From Octopus vulgaris (lineage: Eukaryota), in NCBI GenBank assembly GCA_951406725.2, contig OX597837.1, positions 7,688,001 to 7,752,000 of the forward strand: a DNA stretch of 64,000 nucleotides, given 5' to 3'. This document shows, piece after piece, positions 24,889-38,416 of the stretch. Made by a program: the position numbers and the translations under genes. Each line of letters opens with the position of its first letter. The first letter of the stretch is position 1. The notes under the pieces were generated by a model. It did not search any database, was not told the origin of the DNA, and was given only the letters and a program-made list of their open reading frames with translations.

Positions 24889-25088
24889 GTGTGTGCGTGT
24901 GCGTGTATATGTTTGTGTGTCTGTGTTCGTCTCCCTAGCATTGCTTGACAACCGATGCTGGTGTGTTTACGTCGCCGTCACTTAGCGGTTCGGAAAAAGA
25001 GACCGATAGAATAAGTCCCGGAGTCGATTTGCTCGACTAAAGGCGGTGCTCCAGCTTGGCAGCAGTCAAATGACTGAAACCAGTAAAA
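24681..25088 (+). mobile_element. CORE-like SINE, near full length
   Basis: Head, CORE-like segment, TA/GT tract and 3' half all present. Confidence 0.85.
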
Positions 25089-25089
25089 A

Positions 25090-25902
<813 letters not shown>

Positions 25903-25905
<3 letters not shown>

Positions 25906-26162
25906 CACAGGCGTAGCTGTGTGGTAAGAAGCTTGCTTCCCAACCACAAGGTCCAGGGTTCAGTCCCACTGCGTGGCACCTTGCACAAGTGTCTTCTACA
26001 ACAGCCTCGGACCGGCTAAAGCTTTGTGAGTGGATTTTGTTGACGGATACTGAAAGAAGCCTGTCGTGTGTGTGTTTCTGCACCCACCCCCCACCATCGC
26101 TTGAGAACTGATGTTGATGTGTTTACGTCCCCGTTGACCTTTGACCTCTTTGAAAAAGAGAT
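25903..26162 (+). mobile_element. CORE-like SINE, 3'-truncated
   Basis: Homology to other copies. Confidence 0.8.
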
Positions 26163-26434
26163 CATAGGCCAAACATGTCTTGGAGTCTGACGATGCGCCT
26201 TAAAGTTAAACCCTTTATGGACGGGAAACCTAAGGTAACCCCATAAACTGGCCTTCACTCTGCTTCTTAGAGTGTGCTTCGTCACCGGATATATGTTTTT
26301 CCAAAACTATATATAGCAAAGATTTCATATATATATATATATATCATCATCATCATCGTTTAACGTCCGCTTTCCATGCTAGCATGGGTTGGACGATTTG
26401 ACTGAGGACTGGCGAACCTGATGGCTGCACAAGG

Positions 26435-26468
<34 letters not shown>

Positions 26469-26561
26469 GCACATTCTCACACATACACACACAAATACAC
26501 ACACACGTACACATATATGACAGGCTTCCACAGCGTTTCCATCTGCTATATTTACTCTCAA

Positions 26562-26791
26562 GGCGGCGTGCTGGCAGAAACGTTAGCGCGCCGGGCGAAA
26601 TGCTTAGCGGTTATTCGTCTGTCGTTACGTTCTGAGTTCAAATTCCGCCGAGGTCGACTTTGCCTTTCATCCTTTCGGGGTCGATAAATAAAGTACCAGT
26701 TTCGCACTGGGGTCGATGTAATCGAATTAATCCCTTTGTCTGTCCTTGTTTGTCCCCTCTGTGTTTAGCCCCTTGTGGGTAATAAAGAAAT
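26562..26791 (+). mobile_element. Full-length Meta-like SINE, tail A
   Basis: GGCGGCGTGCTGGCAGAAACG...GGGTAATAAAGAAAT. Confidence 0.9.
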
Positions 26792-27031
26792 ATATATATA
26801 TTGTGAGTGTGTGTGAATGTGCGCGAGGAAAGAGAGTGGTGTGTGTGTGTGTGTGTGTTTGGATGAGAAAGAGACGGAAAGAGAGACATTTCTTTCATTC
26901 GCTCGTTCGTTCGAACCTCATTCATATCTCATTCGTAGTCCCACTCATTCTTTTGTTCCCTGCTCTTTACGTTCATCAGCGTATATAGATTCCATAAAGT
27001 GTGTGTGTGTGTGTGTGGTTGTGTGTTCAAT

Positions 27032-27264
27032 GGCGGTGAGCTGGCAGAAACGTTAGCACGCCGGGCGAAATGCTTAGAGGTATTTCGTCTGCCGCTACGT
27101 TCTGAGTTCAATTTCCGCCGAGGTCGACTTTGCCTTTCATCCTTTCGGGGTCGATTAAATAAGTACCAGTTGTGCACTGGGGTCAATATAATCGACTTAA
27201 TCCCTTTGTCTGACCTTGTTTGTCCACTCTATGTTTAGCCCCTTGTGGGTAGTAAAGAAATAGG
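27032..27264 (+). mobile_element. Full-length Meta-like SINE, tail A
   Basis: As above; ends AAAGAAATAGG. Confidence 0.9.
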
Positions 27265-27959
27265 TTGTGTGTTCATTTATTAATCAATTTAGCTATTAAT
27301 TAAGTTTTTTTTTTATTTCTGTGTGCGCGTATTCCCGCCGTTTTGTTTAATATAAACAACGACGCATTCACACGCACAAAACACACAACACTCGTGATTG
27401 CTCGTATGCTCACGTCTGCACACCTCTGTCACCGAGTGTGTGTGTGTGAATGAGAGAGAGACACACAGCATGTGAAGATTGTTGAACTAAATCTATTTAA
27501 TCAATGTATAACAGCCTTTATGCGGATAAAGCGGCGAACTATGCTATTATATATTAGCGTCGTCGACAAAGAGTTGTTGTTATTTAGCTCCAGATAAATG
27601 CTAAGCGTGCAGATTCACAAACGAAGCCTTCCAGTCGAGACCACCACCACCTCCACCACATTTTTGCAAGATTATAGTGGGCACCTCATCGGAGACTTGC
27701 CTGTTATTTCTAGCAGGTCGGTCATGCGTACAAAGGGCGCCACGCTGACTCGGAAAGATGAGGTTGATATTTATAAATCAATTTATTCTAGGTAATTTGG
27801 TATTAGCTCTGCGCGCGCGCAGCTGTGTGTAACAGTTACATATTAATTCTATACACAAATATGAGGACAATAATAATCGTACTGCATATAAATGCACACA
27901 CATACATACACACACGTGTGTGTATGTGTGTTTAAGCAATATAAAGATAGGCAGACAAA

Positions 27960-27965
27960 CGTATG

Positions 27966-28018
<53 letters not shown>

Positions 28019-28051
28019 GTAGATAGATAGGTAGATAGGTACGTACGTATG

Positions 28052-28110
<59 letters not shown>

Positions 28111-28139
28111 GTAGATAGGTAGATAGGTACGTACGTATG

Positions 28140-28206
<67 letters not shown>

Positions 28207-28256
28207 GTAGGTAGGTAGGTGGGTAGGTATGTGGGTGGGTGGGTGGATGGATGGAT
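27960..28256. repeat. (GATA)n/(GGTA)n microsatellite
   Basis: Direct inspection. Confidence 0.95.
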
Positions 28257-28730
28257 GTTTCTTTATTAGCCACACAGGGCTGCACACAGACGGGACAGAT
28301 TACAAAGTAGAGCTTTTCTTTTTGGGGGAGAGAAAATAAAATAAAATAAAAAATAAAAAAAAGGGGTGGGTGTTAGGTTTTCGATTAAAAGGGATCGTAA
28401 AAGGGAAAGAAGAAATAGAAAAAAAAAGGGGAAAAAACGATCAATAGGGATCATATATCACAGTGTCATGGTGTAAAGTGTAAAGGGGGAAGCATATAAG
28501 GTTTATCCGTGGGAAGAAAAGCCTACAGAAAAGATCACATTCGTTTGCAAGTAGGTAACCCTCTGTTTTAAATTTTTCCGGGTTCATAGGATTATGCTTA
28601 AGGTGGTTTCGTCATTCATACGCGCCATCCTTGCGACATTCACCCATCTTTTTTTGAAACATTCACTAGACAAAACTTGCCTCTCTACTTTCACTTTCCT
28701 TTTCAAGTGATACTTGAAAAAGTTGATGAC
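28257..28730 (-). mobile_element. 5'-truncated L1/Tx1-like LINE 3' end
   Basis: Open frame 28730-28584: VINFFKYHLKRKVKVERQVLSSECFKKRWVNVARMARMNDETTLSIIL* (Tx1-like F...W end). The UTR ends GGCTAATAAAGAAAC. A second UTR copy is at 48326-48600. Confidence 0.65.
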
Positions 28731-29149
28731 AGACAGACAGACAGATAGTATATCTAGCTACCTAGACAGACAGATGGATGGATGGATGGATGGTATAGAT
28801 GGACATACAGAGAGACAGATAGAGACAGACAGACAGACAGACAGAAACATTGATAGATAGATAGACAGACAGATATACACACCATTAATCATGATCGTTC
28901 TATCGTCCACTTTTCAATGCATTCTTGGCTCGGACGGGCAGGTTTTCTATGCCCGGATGCCCTCCCTGTGGCTAGCACTTATCCTTACACACACACACAC
29001 ACATACACTATAAAGATCATTATTAGTTCTAAGTCAAATTTTTATTATATATGAACAAACAGATTCCATTTCTTTTACAAAATGTATTAATGATATATGC
29101 ACACACATAAATTTGTATGCACATGCATTTATAGGTGCGTATACACATG

Positions 29150-29395
29150 CATCACTTTCTCTTCATTCCTTCAACTTCTGGTCACTTCAAAAATGTAACC
29201 GTGATTGTTGGTGATTTTTTCCTCTTTCATCTTGAACTTTCCTATTTTTCCCGTTTCCGAAGAAGAGCTATGCTCGAAACGTAAAACTACTACTCTTTTC
29301 TTTCTCTGAGCGCCTTATTAACACATTGCTTGCGCTACGTCTACACGTTCGTTTGTTTTTTCCTTTACTTTTTTCTGTGTTTTCTTAATTGACTA
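29150..29395 (+). mobile_element. PLE terminal-repeat remnant
   Basis: Contains a minimal HHR; downstream CTGAGCG..TTATTAACAC motif is shared with the other PLE remnants. Confidence 0.6.
29253..29287 (+). ncRNA. Minimal type I hammerhead ribozyme motif (U4C variant, palindromic stem III)
   Basis: gttt-CCGAAGA-A-GAGC-tat-GCTC-GAAA-CG-TA-aaac: stems I and II pair fully, GUA cleavage triplet, self-complementary ACGU stem III. Confidence 0.7.
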
Positions 29396-29597
29396 CATAC
29401 ATACATACATACCTTGCCCGGACTTGTACCTGGGAGGGTAACTTTCTAGGTGCAATCCCATGGTCAGTCATGACTGAAGGGAGTCTCAGTATATATATAT
29501 ATAAGTTCAGCAAAATTTAGATTCAAATGAATATGGTACTTAAGTTAGATGCACCAGAATTTTGTACGGTGTTATCCATATAAATCCATGGGGGGAT

Positions 29598-29856
29598 TAT
29601 AATCAAAAATAAGCAACGAGAATAACTTCGGTAATTTGGTACGATCGTTTCACGCTACATCATTTTATTAAATATTGTAAGTATTACAACAGTTTTAAAA
29701 TGTTGAGCAATCATCAGCCATAATTTAAACCTCTATTAATGGCTGATGATTGGTCAACATTTTAAAACTGTTGTAATACTTACAATATTTAATAAAGTGA
29801 TGTAGCGTGAAACGATCGTACCAAATTACCGAAGTTATTCTCGTTGCTTATTTTTG

Positions 29857-29862
<6 letters not shown>
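29598..29862. repeat. Long near-perfect inverted repeat (~125-bp arms, ~17-nt spacer) of a PLE terminal repeat
   Basis: Arms are reverse complements with two mismatches seen by eye. Confidence 0.9.
29740..29823 (+). ncRNA. Type I HHR motif with long stem II; mirror copy on the minus strand at ~29637-29720
   Basis: tgg-CTGATGA-[~59 nt]-GAAA-CGATCG-TA-cca: canonical core, palindromic stem III, GUA site. Confidence 0.65.
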
Positions 29863-29897
<35 letters not shown>

Positions 29898-29902
<5 letters not shown>

Positions 29903-30048
29903 ACGTGAACTACGATGAAAAAAGTACGTGAAAGATATGGTATATAATTTTTTTTGTGTGTGTGTGTGTGTGTGTGTGTCCATGGGTTCCAGGAGACATG
30001 TAATCTAATTTAAGGGTTACGCAAGGGTAAAAAGGTTGAGAAACACTG
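29898..30048. mobile_element. hAT (Charlie/Buster-like) transposon end
   Basis: Terminal AAAAAGGTTGAGAAACACTG, the reverse complement of CAGTGTTTCTCAACCT. Confidence 0.55.
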
Positions 30049-30050
30049 CT

Positions 30051-30230
30051 TTAGAGGGAAGTGAATATAAAAGTATCAAATTGTTGGACCTGGTTACGAA
30101 AGTCAAGGAAGAAAGTTTAGAGTTGGATTGAAAAACAGAGGAACGTTAGCTTATGAACTCGGTTTGTACTCGGAACAAGTACGACTGATGCCATTTTCCT
30201 GGTGAAACATCAGTAGGAGACGTACTTAAG
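30051..30230 (+). pseudogene. Decayed RTE reverse-transcriptase fragment
   Basis: LEGSEYKSIKLLDLVTKVKE ... FVLGTSTTDAIFLVKHQ*ETYL matches NYRGIKLL...KV.E / GF.PG.STTDAIF.VRQL.EKY. Confidence 0.75.
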
Positions 30231-30726
30231 TATAAGCTGCTGTTCAGAGCATTCATCAGTTTGTACGACGCGCCGCGCAGCGGGACTGAACTTGATGCTA
30301 TGTGTGTGGTTGGAAAGCGAGATTCTGTACCGCACATGCGTAGATGCGTTTATTGACGAATGAATAATTAAATTCATAAATAAATAAACGGTGTTGTGTC
30401 AGAAAGTAGAATACGGCCATTTTAGGAAAAAAATCGATAAGCATCAAAGTGGAGAGGGGGGGGCATAGGATCAATAGGGCTGAGATGAAGAAAAACAAAC
30501 AAAAAAGAAACATAAAGGAAGCCTTTAAAATGGAGGCCCCAGTGTGGCTGCAGAGAAATGATAGAAGCTAGAAAGAGGTGAGCAAAACACGTGTTTGTGA
30601 GTACGTGTGTGTGAGTGTATAGTTTTATATAGAAAGATAGAAGATAGATAGATTTTTATCCTATTTTTCAATTGTAGAAAGCTCGATAGATAGGTGGAGG
30701 AGAGCTGCACGTAGTTATGCGTGTGT

Positions 30727-30783
<57 letters not shown>

Positions 30784-30886
30784 CATGTATATATGAACGT
30801 GCATATATTTGCATGTGTACAAGTGTAGCTAGCTAGATAGAGAGATTGAGAGATAGATATATAGACAGACAGACAGAGATAGACAG

Positions 30887-30990
<104 letters not shown>

Positions 30991-31597
30991 GGATAGATGG
31001 ATAGATGGACAGAGGGAGGGAGAGGTGCACGTAGATATGCATGAATGTGCATATATATGTGTGTATGCATATGTATGCATGTATGTGTATATATTTGTAT
31101 GTGTGCGTGTGTAGTTATAAATATAGATAGACATGGAGAGATGCACGTAGGTATGCATGTATGTGTATATATATATATATATGTTTGTATGTGTATATAT
31201 ACATACACATGTGAGTATATATTAATGTACATGTTTATGTGTTGTGTGTATGTTTGTGTTTATATGTGTGTGTGCGCGCGCATGTGTATAGAGGAGGAGA
31301 GAGAGCACAAGAAGAAGAAAACGTGAGAGGGGGAGACAACTTGTTTATAACACTCCCACAATATTTTGGCAGCTTCCCATCGCTTTCCATTCATTTTGTT
31401 TCTTCATTAACTTACATACACACACACATGTATATATGTATGAGTGTGTATGTATGTGTGGGTGTGTATGTATATATACACACACAAATATACACATTAT
31501 ATATAGACATACATATACACATATATATATATACATACACGTATTCTATTATTCTTTTATTTGTTTCAGTCATTTGACTACGGCCATGCTGGAGCAG

Positions 31598-31631
<34 letters not shown>

Positions 31632-32954
31632 CACGCATACATACATATATGCACATACACACGTTAATATCAGTATTCTCACCCAAAATAGTGAGGAGTA
31701 CCAACACTTCCATGTGGCATCCTTGAACAATTGTGAAGTTCCTTTCACATGAAACCTTTGGTTGCCTTGTTGACCCACAAATATAGATTATATATATACG
31801 TCATTGACAAAACCATTAGATTAATTAGCAGTTACTTATTGGGTTCTCATCAGAGGCTTCCACGTCATTCTGACAGTCTCCAGAGAAACAAGCAACCAAA
31901 CTGTTTAAATGCTTATATACTCAACAAATGCAGCAGTTACTCTATAAAGGAGTCTCTAATTTGCATACCGGAAGTTTTATCATTAACCCTTTATAAGCTG
32001 CATCAAATATTGCTCTCGCTGGAGTCGCATAACACTGAATTTTTAACACACACACACACACACGCATACACACTTTTGTGTGTAAAAGTAACAATCACTA
32101 AGATTTTTATTGAAGTGTGGATGTGGATTTTAAAGTGACAGTCTTCCTCATGTATCAACCAGGTGCTTATTTTTCACATTTCTGTCCTGAAAAAATCTCT
32201 ACATTCCTGAAAAAATATTAAGACCTCTTTTTTCTTTTTTGTGACTTCAGAAAAAGACCGACTTAAAAAAAACAAAAAAACACTGATGTAGAATCAACAG
32301 AGATACTACCAAGTGGATCTAGTCTTTCTTTTTGCATTCACAAAATATATATTTTTTTAATAGGAAGTCAAAAATCTGAAAATCGGCTATAATAATGTAG
32401 TCTTCCAGTCTTATTGCCTTGAAGGTATGATGTTGTGGAGGAAAAAAATGGAGAAAAAAGTTACAGAGGTTTAAAAATCGAAAGCAGGTTTCACAGACGT
32501 TGAAATTAGCCGTTTAAAGAATTTGAGAAAAATTCAAAATTTGTTGCAGATGTTTCCTATATTTTTCGAAATTAGATTTATAAAATAAATTTTAAATAAT
32601 ACGAAGAGATGGTAAAGTCATTTTTTTTCTTTTTGATCTCAAATTCATCAAATTTGTCTTTTAAGAAGAAAAAAAATGGATATTTACAGAGACTAAACTA
32701 AGTCGTGTCGATATTGGAAACGATCCCGAAGAGTTTTCCGTAAGCGAAGGCATGACTGTGTCGTTAAGACGCTCGTTTCACAACCATGTGATTTGGGGTT
32801 CAGTCCCACTGCGTGGCACTTTGAGCAAGGGTCTTCTTCTATATATAGACCAATGATGGAGACCGAATTTGGTAGATGGATGGACGGATGGATTGAAAAA
32901 AGACAGACAGATAGGTAGATAGACAGACACAGACAGAAAGATAGATAAACAGGC

Positions 32955-33021
<67 letters not shown>

Positions 33022-33591
33022 AAGACATCGATAGAAAGACAGGCCCTCCTAAAATGCAACATTTTGGGAGGGTCATTACGCAAATAAAACACACGCACTG
33101 GATCTATTTCACTTCTTTATTATTTGTCAATTAGTTAAATACTCTAACCAGTTAACTAATCGATTGTTTATTCGGTTAACCGATCGATCAGTTATGTCTG
33201 TAAAAAAAAAAGCAAAAAAATAAATGAGAATTGACAACAGGCAGAGTATCCAGCTAAAAGTGTCTCAACAATATATTCGTTTAAAACATAGAAAACCCGA
33301 CAGAAAGAAAGAAAGAAAAGAAGTACATCGTGTGTGTGTATGTGTGTCTGTGCAACATTTGCACACCTTCGAAAATTTCTGAGCTACAAGCAGTGATATT
33401 GTTGACGTATCCCCATCAACAGATCATCCCTTGGCCTTGGAGCAAAAAAAAAAAAAATGTAACCACACAGGTAAGGGTTAGCAACAGGAAAAGCATGTGT
33501 TTGTCTAACCCATGACGGCATGGAAAAACTGACGTGAAAACAAGCGAACAAACAACCACAACTTGTGTCAATTAGCGTATTAATATATATT

Positions 33592-34012
33592 CTTTTACTC
33601 ATTAGACTGCGGCCACGCTGGGGCACCGCCTTGAAGAAGATAAAACCTATCGAATCGATTTCAGTACTCCTTTTGCCGAACCGCTAAGTTACGGAGACGT
33701 AAACACACCAACACCGGTTGTCAAGCAATCGTGGGACACAAACACACACATATATAAGCATACGCGTATATATACATATATATAAACACGCATTACATGT
33801 ATATATACACACACACATATACATATATATACACAGACACATTATATATATACGACGGGCTTCTTCCAGTTTCCGTTTGCCAAATCCACTGACAAAGCTT
33901 TGGTCGGCTCAAAGCTATAATAAAAGACACTTGTCAAAGATGTCATGCAATAGGATTGAACCCAGAACCACGTAGTTGGGAAGCAAGCCTCTTACCACAC
34001 AGCCAAGCCTGT
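33592..34012 (-). mobile_element. CORE-like SINE
   Basis: Reverse-complement homology. Confidence 0.8.
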
Positions 34013-34196
34013 CCATAATTATGTACATTTACTATAAAGTTCCACAACTCTTGAATTCAAAGTTGGCGTAGTTTGTTGAAGGTGGTGGTGGCGACGGTGG
34101 CGGGTATTGTTGTTGCTTAACCATAAGTCTGCTCTGAGTCATTCCAGGCATGACTACCCCCGTCTAATTCCAGTGTGCATATTATACAGCATGTTA

Positions 34197-34615
34197 GGAT
34201 ATTTTCGGTTTGAACTGCAGTTTTTTTCTAGCGGTGTCATATGAAATTGTCACTCATAATTATGACCCTAGTATCGATCTATTGCATTTCAATCTGTTTT
34301 AGGATTAGAGTTAGGGGTGGGGGGAAGGGTATCTTTTTTTCTTCATAAATGTAAATAAACCCTATCTGTTTCTTAAACGAGGGACATATACATACGGCAC
34401 AGAATGTTTTCACCTCAATAGACGTCAGTGATTGGTTGAAATTGCAGAAATTGAAGAAAAAAACAACAACAAATATCTTACAAACTATAGAATTTTCTCA
34501 ATAAAGCCAAGAGAAAAAGATGTTTTATAAACACATTCTACCAGTATACGAAGTTTAAAAGTGTTTAGTTACGTGGAAATTATTATAAAAACTGCCGTTC
34601 AAAAGGAAAAGATCC
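34197..34615. mobile_element. MITE with ~28-bp TIRs and 8-bp TSD (Merlin-like GG termini)
   Basis: GGATATTTTCGGTTTGAACTGCAGTTTT...AAAACTGCCGTTCAAAAGGAAAAGATCC; flanks GCATGTTA and ACATGTTA. Confidence 0.8.
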
Positions 34616-35039
34616 ACATGTTATCTGATGCGTTCTTTTCTAAAATGGTAGGGTTGCAGTGAACGAGATATTTCACTGCTATTTCTAGCCTAAGACGCGT
34701 GTCGTATGGAATGGTATGCTTCGGATGGTTTTTGGCTGCTATTTCTAACCATTCGACCGACCACGCAGACTGTAGTAGCGGACTTGCTGCTTGTAGTGCA
34801 ACGACTATAATACTACTATTATAGTGGTGTTGGTGGTGGTAATGGTTCTGTTGATAGAACATAGTTGTGGTACGGGCAGTAGTACAGGTGTGTTGTGTGG
34901 TCATCGTAATTTTATAATGCAGTCGAGGCGTTAGTACATTACTAAGAGCAGCCATGTTTAGAAGGACAGAATAGGTGAGAGGAGGAGGAGGATGAGGAGA
35001 AAGAGGACAAGCACCTGACACAAATATGACAGTCACTGT

Positions 35040-35495
35040 AGTGGTGGTCATGGTGGTGGTGGCGACGGATATAGTGGTGGTCGACGGAGTAGGAGGAGGA
35101 GTAAAAAACGTAGTGGTGGTAGGAGTAACAGGAGGGGGGAGGTCGCAGCGCTGGCGAAAGTGGTATTGGTCGTAGTGGTGGTAGGAGTAAGGTTGGTCGT
35201 GGTGGTGGTGGTCACGGTGGGAGGGAGGGAGAGAGGAGGCGTTGTTGATGCTGGTGGAATAAGCGAAGAAACAAAGTCAGGTGTTGTTATAACAAGGCAG
35301 GTGAGCAGAGAGGGTAGTGGTGGCGGCGGTAGTAGTAGCAGTAGTAGTACCAGCAGCAGCAGCAGCAGTGGAAGCTGTAGTAGTGGCGACAGTGGTAGTG
35401 GTGGTGGTGGTGGTTGTAAGTATTAGTAGCTGTTGTGGTAGCGGTTACGGTTGGAGAGGTGAGGGTCGAATTTGTGACGCTGGCGAAGATGGTTT

Positions 35496-35535
<40 letters not shown>

Positions 35536-36980
35536 GGTGGTGGTGGTGGTAGTAGTGGTAGTAGAAGTAGTAGTAGTGGTGGTAGTAGAGTAGTGGTAGT
35601 AGAAGTAGTAGTGGTGGTAGTAGAGTAGTTGTAGTAGTAGTGGTGGTAGTAGAGTAGTTGTAGTAGTGGTGGTGGTGGTGGTAGTAGTGGTGGTGATGGT
35701 AGTAGAAGTAGTAGTGATGGTGGTGGTCGCCGTCGTGGTCACGGTGATGGTGTGGTGAAAATGGTTTCACTGGTAATAGTGGCAGTGGCGATCACAGCAT
35801 TAGCAATGGTGGTGGTGGTAGTGGTTGCGGTAGAAGTGGTGGTGTTGGTTGTGATGATGATTATTGTTGTGATACTAGCAACGGTGGTACTTTCAGTAGT
35901 TGTAGTGGTAGTAATAGTGATGCGGTGGTTATAGTACTAATAGTGATGGAGATGGTGGAGGAGATTGCTAGATGAAGATGGTGGTGGCGGTGGTTGTAGA
36001 AGCCGTATTTTAGTTGCGGTGGTGATGGAAGCGAACGTATAGGCTGTAGTTTCGCTGGTAGTAGTTAAGGATGATTGTGATCGTGGTGGTTGCAGTAGTA
36101 GTACTAATAATATTGGTAGCTTGTAGTAGTAGTAAGCAATTCGCTTGTGCAGAACGTACAAGTGGTCGGTGGTGGTGGATGTGGAAAGCGCGGCGGTATA
36201 ATAACTAAGAGAGTGGTAGTGGCAGGTAAAATAAATAGACGTAGTAGCAAATATGTGTGTATGTATGTATGTGTGTGTGTGCGTATGTGTGTGTGTGTGT
36301 GTGAAGCTACGCGGTAAAGTGGCGGTAGCGGTAACAGTAGAGGCGATAGAGGTGGTAGCAGCAACAGTGAGCACGTCACACACATAGCGGTGGGAGCAGT
36401 AGCGGTAGGAGTAGTTGCGATAGAAGTGGTAGCAGCGATGATCGCAGTAGCGGTGGTGGTGGTGGTAGCTGTAATAGTCACAATTGTGGTAGTAGTAGCA
36501 GTAGTTGTGACTGAGGTAGTAGCAACAGCTGTAATAGTCACAAAGGTGGTAGCGGTGGCAGTAGCGATCACAGAGGTAGTAGTAACACCTGTAATAGTCA
36601 CAATCGTGGTGGCGGTGGAAGTAGTTGTAATAGACGTAGTAGTAACCCCTGCGATAGTCACAATGATGGTGGCGGCGGTGGTGGATGCTATAATAGTCGC
36701 CATGGTGGTGGTGGTGGTGGAGGGTGTAATAGTCACGACGGTGGTGGCGGTGGCGGCAAAGGTCGCAGTAGAAGTGGTAGCAAGCAGTAACAGCCGCAGT
36801 GGTGGTAGCGGTGGCAGTAGGCGCGGTAGAGGCGGGAGCAGAGCTAAGTGGTGGTAGTGGCGGGAGGAGTACAGGTAGTCACGGAAAAGGGGAGGAGGGG
36901 AGCAGCAATAGCAATGCAGTACTGAGGTGGTTGCAGCTGTGGTGATGGTGTGGTGGCGGTGAGAGGTGATGTTTGAAAGG
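35040..36980. repeat. (GTG/GTA/GCA) triplet low-complexity region with a 60-bp periodic sub-array at ~36420-36740
   Basis: GTAATAGTCACAA recurs every 60 bp. Confidence 0.85.
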
Positions 36981-37222
36981 CAAGGCAGAGGTGGAGACAC
37001 TAATTGTGTCAGGTGCGAGCGCATAGATGTATATTAGAAACACACGCTCACACATACATATATATAGGTATGTGTAGTGAGAAAGAGACATAAATACAGA
37101 GAGGGTGAATATATATACATATATACACACACTTTATATATATCTATATATATATATATATATATAAACAGAATTTGCGTTATCAGCGACGATTCCAAAA
37201 AAACTTAGAGCAGAAACAATAC

Positions 37223-37281
<59 letters not shown>

Positions 37282-37919
37282 TAGACGGAAACCACTATGT
37301 GGACACCTATATGCTAGAAATAGATCCGCTACGGTCTCACCACTATATATATATATACTATATATATATATATATGTATATATATAGTACAAAGTAAGAT
37401 AGGGGTTATGGATATTACCCACTATGAACTGAATTTGTTTCACCATTTTCTTATTTGTATTATATATATATATATATATGTATGTATATACACGCACGTG
37501 TATCTGTATGTGTGTGAGAGAGAGAGAGGGAAGCTGAGAAGGGGGAGTAGTAAAAGGTAACGTACCAACGACAGAAAGGGATGTAGAGGTGATGCAGTAA
37601 AACTAGTGATGGTGGTTGCAGTAGGGAGGGAGAGAGAGAGAAAGTAGTAGTAGTAGTGATGGTTGTGACTAATTAGCGACTAGCAAGGTGCCTCACCATC
37701 CTTGCCAAACCGTGTTTAGTCACTGATATATATATATATATATATATATATACGCACACACACATATATACACACATCGTTGAAGTCACATGCACTAAAT
37801 ATATGTGTGTGTGTGTCTGTATACATCGTATAAAGCGAGCCAATAAGAAAGCCACTAAGTGACCGTCCGATCGCTAGAAATAGCAACCAAATCCCTCTGA
37901 AATCACACCCTTTATTGTC

Positions 37920-37950
<31 letters not shown>

Positions 37951-38385
37951 GTATAAATAAAAAGTGAAAAAAATAAACAAGGGATGCGTTGCCCCGTGTG
38001 TCCCTGGGTTCCCTGCACGTCGGAAAAAACAAACTGACAAGGTGGTCCTAGCTGGAATGCCTTTTATCATACGTCTGCTCCATAAGGGCTGACCTAGGGC
38101 TAAACATCAATACTGAATCTCTTTCTCACACACTCACACACGTTGTATAAAAGATATCCAAATAAATGTATACAATAAATATATGTATATATATATATAT
38201 AAACACCTTTGTATAACATTGTGTGATACGATCAGACACACTACAACACATACACACACACACACAATACAATGCACGCACACATCCTATGTGTTATACA
38301 CATACATATATGCAATGTTTATTTATGTTAGATAATACAAAAACAAACGCGCATGCGCTCATATATACGTCTATATGTATCTTAA

Positions 38386-38416
<31 letters not shown>

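Noticed and set aside
32122-32700. Possible TTAAAG-terminated DNA transposon
   Set aside because: No matching second terminus found
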